Below, piece after piece: positions 58,864 to 64,000 of a stretch of 64,000 bases of DNA. This stretch comes from a virus (Duplodnaviria > Heunggongvirae > Uroviricota > Caudoviricetes), in the IMG/VR virus record IMGVR_UViG_3300029998_000014; one strand, 5' to 3'. Under the pieces are notes generated by a model. That model did no database searches and was not told the origin of the DNA. It saw only the letters and a program-made list of their open reading frames with translations. Every line of letters begins with the position of its first letter. Position 1 is the stretch's first letter. The translations under genes were made by a program, and so were the position numbers.

Positions 58864-59178
58864 TTGACTAACGTTAGATTATATGTTACTGGATTGGAAG
58901 AAACTCGAGAGTTATATAACATCGAAATACAACAATCTAAAATAAAGGATTCTATAATTATTGAAAAAAATAAAAAATTAGATAACTTTAAAAATATAGT
59001 AATAGAAAAAGATTCTATTATAGGTTATACTGTTACAGAGTTTAATAAAGCAGACAAATGGGGAAAATCTCAAGAAGTCTTAAAAACTAAATATAAAAAA
59101 CAAGCTGCAAGAACTCCATTATTTATGGGTATTAGTAGTGCAATAGGATTTATATTATGTCTATTATCAATAAAGTAG
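58864..59178 (+). CDS. Hypothetical protein with C-terminal TM anchor
   Basis: 104 aa; C-terminus TPLFMGISSAIGFILCLLSIK. Confidence 0.45.
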   Translation: MTNVRLYVTGLEETRELYNIEIQQSKIKDSIIIEKNKKLDNFKNIVIEKDSIIGYTVTEFNKADKWGKSQEVLKTKYKKQAARTPLFMGISSAIGFILCLLSIK

Positions 59179-59429
59179 CACAAGGGTTCTTCAATGAACT
59201 AATGAATAAAGAAGCAGAAACACACACCAAACGAATGATTCATTGTAAACAATGTAAATTGTTATATAATGATAGTTTGTTTGGAGAAACATGTAATTCT
59301 GAATTATATGTAAATCCGGAAACAAATGAAGTTTCTACAACAGATAAACCAGGATTTAAGAATGGATGCGGATGTATCCTTAGATCCAAGACACGAGTAC
59401 CAGATGCACACTGCCCTTTAGGCAAATGA
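59157..59429 (+). CDS. Cys-rich zinc-finger-like small protein
   Basis: CKQCK ... CNSE ... CGC ... HCP. Confidence 0.4.
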   Translation: MSIINKVAQGFFNELMNKEAETHTKRMIHCKQCKLLYNDSLFGETCNSELYVNPETNEVSTTDKPGFKNGCGCILRSKTRVPDAHCPLGK

Positions 59430-59445
59430 TAACAATGAAAATGTA

Positions 59446-60894
59446 ATGATAATGAAAAATGTTTTATTTAATGGAGATGCAAAAGACATCTTAATTGAAG
59501 GAGTGAATTTAATAGGCGATGCTGTGTCAACAACATTCGGACCTAATGGAAAAAATGTTATAATCAAAGGACTCTCAGGAGTGTATATAACAAAGGATGG
59601 AGCAACCGTTGCAAAATATGTAAACGATGATGATCCATTTATTAGTACAGGTATTGAACTTATAAAAGGTATTGCAACTAAAACAGCAACTGATGTTGGA
59701 GATGGTACAACCACTGCAACTATTCTTGCTCAAACTTTAGTTAATACTTTAAAAGATAAGACTGAAAATCCAATTGCTATAAGTAGAGAGTTAGATAAAG
59801 AACTCAAACAAGTTATAGAATATTTGGAAAAGAATAAAAGAACAATCACAAGTGTAGAAGACTTAATTAAAGTTGCCACAGTATCTACAAATAATGATAT
59901 TGAACTTGGTAAACTTGTAGCTGAAACTTATTTTAAAGTTACAAAAGATGGAGTAGTAACTATAGAAGATTCACAAGATACACATAATTCAGTTGTGTTT
60001 TCACAAGGAGTTAAAATTGAATCAGGATATAACTCACCATACTTTGTTAATACAACTAAGAGTACATGTGAACTAGAAAATGTATTAATTGCAGTTTTTA
60101 GAATACCTTTAACTGAGATTAAAGATATTGACGAAGTATGTAGTAGAGCTATGAGAGAAAAGAAAGCACTTCTTATTATTGCTCCAAAAATGGAATCCAC
60201 AATACTAAGAACTCTAGTACATAATAATAATACAGGAAATCTAAAGTCTTGTTTTATTAGTTCACCCGGACATGGTATCTATAGAGAAACTTTACTTGAT
60301 GATATCGAATGTATTGCTTCTACTTCAGTTTGTGAAAAAATTATAGTATCAAAAGATACTACATATCTAATAGGATGTGAATCTAACCAATCGGTTATTG
60401 ATGCTAAAATATTAGAAGTAAAAAATACACTTAGTTGTAGTACAACTGAGTTTGAAATGACGTTTCAAAGAAAGAGATTAGCTAATTATATTGGTGGTAT
60501 AGCTACTATATTTGTTGGTGGATATTCTCAAGTTGAAATACAAGAAAAGAAAGATAGATTAGAAGATGCTATTTGTGCGGTTAGAGCTGCTATGACAGAT
60601 GGTATATTACCTGGTGGAGGTTTCTCATTACTTAGAGCTGCTAAACTTTTAGACTTAAAATATTTAAGTAAAGTATTGGTAATGCCTAATTTAATACTAT
60701 CTGAGAATAAAGCAGATGGTATAGATATTTTCAATTTCTGGGAAGGTAAAGACTATAAGACTAGACAAATTGGAGACATGTATGAAATGGGAATCGTAGA
60801 TCCTTTCCTAGTAACAAAGATAGCTTTAGAAAATGCAGTATCAGTAGCATCACTGATCTTAACTAATGGATGCACAATATTAAATATAAATTAA
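59446..60894 (+). CDS. groL: GroEL-like chaperonin (Cpn60)
   Basis: TTFGPNGKNVIIKG...ITKDGATVAK...ATKTATDVGDGTTTATILAQTL matches the GroEL equatorial ATP-binding motifs; 482 aa. Confidence 0.85.
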   Translation: MIMKNVLFNGDAKDILIEGVNLIGDAVSTTFGPNGKNVIIKGLSGVYITKDGATVAKYVNDDDPFISTGIELIKGIATKTATDVGDGTTTATILAQTLVNTLKDKTENPIAISRELDKELKQVIEYLEKNKRTITSVEDLIKVATVSTNNDIELGKLVAETYFKVTKDGVVTIEDSQDTHNSVVFSQGVKIESGYNSPYFVNTTKSTCELENVLIAVFRIPLTEIKDIDEVCSRAMREKKALLIIAPKMESTILRTLVHNNNTGNLKSCFISSPGHGIYRETLLDDIECIASTSVCEKIIVSKDTTYLIGCESNQSVIDAKILEVKNTLSCSTTEFEMTFQRKRLANYIGGIATIFVGGYSQVEIQEKKDRLEDAICAVRAAMTDGILPGGGFSLLRAAKLLDLKYLSKVLVMPNLILSENKADGIDIFNFWEGKDYKTRQIGDMYEMGIVDPFLVTKIALENAVSVASLILTNGCTILNIN

Positions 60895-60897
60895 AAA

Positions 60898-61254
60898 ATG
60901 ACAATGATTATGGAAAAAGAAATTATGCCCCTTGGATTAAATATATTTGTACAGCCTTATGCTGTTAATCCTTATTTGCAAGTAGTATCTGCTGGTGGAC
61001 TACAATTAACTAATGGAGAGTTTCAAAATCCTGATAGTGGAGAAGTTGAACAACTAACATCACATATTAAATGTGGAATAGTTTTAGAAGTTGGAAAAGA
61101 TTGTAAACAAGTAAAAGTTGGAGATGATGTATTTTATAATGCGCATACAACTACACCAATTCCTTTTATGGGAAGGGGTTTTATACTAACACACGAACCT
61201 GGTGTTATGTGTATTATAAATGAAGGGTTAAAAGAAAGATTTAAAAACAATTAA
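60898..61254 (+). CDS. groS: GroES-like co-chaperonin (Cpn10/gp31-like)
   Basis: VVSAGGLQLT...GIVLEVGKD...VKVGDDVFYN parallels GroES SAGGIVLT...GEVLAVG...VKVGDIVIFN. Sits immediately after groL. Confidence 0.55.
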   Translation: MTMIMEKEIMPLGLNIFVQPYAVNPYLQVVSAGGLQLTNGEFQNPDSGEVEQLTSHIKCGIVLEVGKDCKQVKVGDDVFYNAHTTTPIPFMGRGFILTHEPGVMCIINEGLKERFKNN

Positions 61255-61279
61255 ACTATACAATTATGTATAATAATGA

Positions 61280-61555
61280 ATGATTACAATTTGTAATAAT
61301 GCAAAAAGAAACACTATGATTAATGAACAACGAAACAACGATAAGCAGTTTTTCCTACCTGGAGATGTAGTAAGTCTTAGACAAGATGTACCAAATAAAC
61401 CCACTATGATTGTGGTAAAAAAAGTTACTAAAACTATTAGAACTTCTGATGTAAAGAATGATTTCTTCCAAGGAATTCAATGTATGTGATTCACAACAAC
61501 TGGGGAGATTGTAAAAGATACTTTTAATACTAAAGATCTTTTGAAAATACAATAA
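61280..61555 (+). CDS. Hypothetical protein, continuous through TGA at 61487-61489
   Basis: ...GIQCM-W-FTTTGEIVKDTFNTKDLLKIQ, then TAA. Confidence 0.35.
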
Positions 61556-62151
61556 TGAGATCTGGAATATATTTAATTAGAAATATAAATAACAATAAAT
61601 GTTATATTGGAAGTTCTAATAATTTAGAGTATAGAAAATGTATGCATTTTTCTAAATTAAAACATAATAAACATATAAATCAACATCTTCAAAATTCATA
61701 TAATAAATATGGAAAAGAATCTTTTATATTTACTATTATTGAAGAATGTGAATGTATGAAAGAAATTCTATTAGATAGAGAACAATATTATATTAATACA
61801 ATGAATCCTGAATATAATATTTTAAAAATTGCAGGAAGTACATTAGGTTTTAATCATTCTATTGAAACTAAACTTAAAATTAGTAATTCTACAATAGGTA
61901 TTAAAAAATCTAAAGAACATTGTGAAAATATAAAAAATTCTCAAAAAGGTAAAACTTTAACAGATGAACATAAACAAAAATTATCAGAATCTGCAAAAAA
62001 TAGAACTAAACAAGGACATACTACTAAAATAAATATAGATGGAATTAACTATGATTCTTTAAAAGAAGCATCAGAGTTATTAGGAATAAAATATAACACT
62101 CTTCAAAGAAGATTAGTTAATCCTAATTTTCTAAATTACATTAAATTATAA
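61555..62151 (+). CDS. GIY-YIG homing endonuclease with NUMOD3 repeats
   Basis: GIYLIRNINNNKCYIGSS...R...H (GIY-YIG); ETKLKISNSTIG / HKQKLSESAKN NUMOD3-like repeats. Confidence 0.8.
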   Translation: MRSGIYLIRNINNNKCYIGSSNNLEYRKCMHFSKLKHNKHINQHLQNSYNKYGKESFIFTIIEECECMKEILLDREQYYINTMNPEYNILKIAGSTLGFNHSIETKLKISNSTIGIKKSKEHCENIKNSQKGKTLTDEHKQKLSESAKNRTKQGHTTKINIDGINYDSLKEASELLGIKYNTLQRRLVNPNFLNYIKL

Positions 62152-62167
62152 TCACTAAACAATTAAA

Positions 62168-63355
62168 ATGACCGACGAAAAGAAACAAGAATTATTTCCG
62201 TATTTCGCTTACACTTATTCTAAACAAATAAATCCAGAGAAATACGGAAATTTATCTTCTGATGAATGACAAACTGTAATACAGGATAGTCCAGAAGATA
62301 TAGATCAGATTAGCCAGGCTGCTGGACAACTTGCAGATGAAGATTGAGATGCACTCGATCAACAATACTCTCAAGAACAACCTCAAGAAAATCAAGCGCA
62401 ATATGCTGCAAAAGGAGCCAAAATTAAAAAACTAAAATCTATGAAATGTGGATGTGGTTGTAATATGGTTACTGTTAAAGAAGAAGGTGGTAAAATGTCA
62501 TCTAAATGTGCTTGTAAATGTGGAGGTAAAATTAAACATCAAAAAGGTGGAAATGTTATACCATTAAAAAATGATGCAACAACTATAGCAAAAAATAAAG
62601 AAAGAATTAAATCACGTCCTGCTATTGCAACTAAAGATAGTACAGATGAATTATCTGAAAATTTAGCACATTTATCAATGGATAGTTATACAAGTTCTGG
62701 AGATTTAAAAAATCAATATGATAAAAAATTTGATGCAACTGCTTCTGCTTTAACTCGTCAAAAAAATAAAGGAAAATCTGGCTTTGATGCTAATGGATTT
62801 CCTAAAAAACAAAATGGTGGAATAATAAACAATAAAAAATCAAACAACATGAAAGAAAATTTAGGATCTATTCAAAGTATATTAGATTCATTTAAAAAAG
62901 GTGGTAAAATGAAATGCCAAAATGGTGGAGATCTAAGTCCTAAATCAGCAATAGTTGCTAAGAATGGTTCTAAAGCTCCTAAAAGAATTACAACAGAAAA
63001 TAAATCTGTTGAAATAGAAACCGCTAAATGTGGAAAAAAATTAGCTAAGAAACAAGTTGGTGGTAAAGTTAAAGCATCTATTAATACTGCTGCTTCTGCA
63101 ACTAGTAAATTACCAAAAATGAATTCTCAAAGTGGAGCTAATTCAAGTACTGTGCCAACAAATCCTGATGGATCTGCAAAAGCTCCAGCAAGAATTAAAA
63201 AAGGACAAACTGGAATTACAGCACCAGCACCCAAAAAAAATAAATTGCCAATTGTAAATGGTAAAAAAGTTCCTGATGATGGAGCTGACTACTCTGTACA
63301 AGGTCCAGCAAATAAATCTGAAAAGGTAAAAAAATCTTTTTCTCCTAAAAAATAA
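62168..63355 (+). CDS. Lys-rich low-complexity protein with repeated K-x-(Q/K)-GG modules and 2 in-frame TGAs
   Basis: ATG 62168 is in frame with track ORF 62441..63355. TGAs at 62267-62269 and 62342-62344 (...SSDE-W-QTVIQ..., ...ADED-W-DALDQQ...). Repeats KHQKGG, KKQNGG, FKKGGK, CQNGG, KKQVGG. Confidence 0.55.
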
Positions 63356-63360
63356 AAATT

Positions 63361-63936
63361 ATGAAATTTTTTGTATATGATAATGTAAATGGAAATGTAT
63401 CTCTCGAAGACACAAGTATACTTTTAATAAAGGAATTTGAAGCTTTGTTAGAAGATAATAGAAATAAAAGTAGTGCCGACAAAACGGGTAAAAAACGGTT
63501 GAGAGCATTTAAAGAATTTAAATTTATATATCTGTTCTTTGATTGAGAAAGTCCTTATTTTCAATATACAGAACAAGATAAACATGCAGAGGCTATGAAA
63601 GATTCAGGATTGTCAGACGAAGAGTTTGACGATCCTAAATTTAGAATGGCGTGTCAAAAATATGATGAAATCCAAAATTCATCATTAGACATAAAATTAT
63701 TAAAGGCGGCAATGAATGCTGTTGATAATCAAATATTTTATTTAAGTAATGTAGATTTACAAGAAAGAGATCCTATTACGGGAAAACCAATCTTTAAAAG
63801 TAAAGACTTAATTGCTGAGATTAAAGGCTGTAAAGATTTAATATCTACTTTACGTGAATTACAAGTTCAAGTTAAGAAAGGATTAGAAATTGAAAGTAAC
63901 GTAAGAGGTAATACTGAAATTGGATTATTCGATTAA
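63361..63936 (+). CDS. Hypothetical protein, continuous through TGA at 63544-63546
   Basis: Track ORFs 63361..63546 and 63595..63936 share a frame (...FIYLFFD-W-ESPYFQYTEQDKHAEAMKDSGL...). Confidence 0.45.
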
Positions 63937-63937
63937 T

Positions 63938-64000
63938 TATGAAAGGATTTATATATAAATTAATATCACCAAGTGGTAAATGTTATGTTGGACAAACAGT
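63938..64000 (+). CDS. GIY-YIG endonuclease (5' fragment; runs off the window)
   Basis: MKGFIYKLISPSGKCYVGQT. Confidence 0.5.

Overview
Window is an AT-rich (~30% GC) phage-like segment, most plausibly part of a large virulent (jumbo-type) phage genome rather than a bacterial chromosome. Genes are packed into two long co-directional blocks: a minus-strand block (1-48.2 kb) and a plus-strand block (48.8-64 kb). The blocks diverge from a ~540-nt intergenic region (48.23-48.77 kb) that carries A/T tracts and iteron-like repeats, so it looks like an origin or early-promoter region. No integrase, att-like repeat or CRISPR array was seen.

The central observation is stop-codon recoding. At least ten genes are only continuous if in-frame TGA is read as sense. 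They include a GNAT acetyltransferase with 5 TGAs and no TGG, PhoH, three HNH endonucleases and several small proteins. All of them terminate with TAA or TAG. The window also encodes an opal-suppressor tRNA with anticodon UCA at 52888-52960 (+). This tRNA carries tRNA-Trp identity elements (A1-U72, G73, Trp-like D and T arms), which supports TGA=Trp. Long housekeeping-type genes (class II-like RNR, GroEL, NadV) use only TGG, so recoding is gene-specific.

Other content:
- An array of at least 9 canonical tRNAs on the minus strand, plus about 5 atypical tRNA-like elements.
- A phage-borne tmRNA (ssrA).
- An NAD+ salvage pair: NadV plus the bifunctional NMNAT-Nudix NatV.
- An adjacent GroEL/GroES pair.
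- A ribosomal L7/L12-like protein.
- PhoH, a HAD phosphatase, an OmpA-like protein, an SPFH lipoprotein and a GspS-like ATP-grasp enzyme.
- Multiple HNH and GIY-YIG homing endonucleases next to tRNAs and core genes.
- Two tandem arrays of small paralogous genes (4 and 5 copies).
- Two very large paralogous proteins with repeated YPIGT motifs.
- A ~90-nt conserved element repeated upstream of at least 5 minus-strand genes.
- Two ORF-free, GC-richer blocks flanking tRNA-Arg that may be structured RNAs.

All calls are from reading the sequence by eye. Coordinates of RNA genes are approximate to +/-2 nt.
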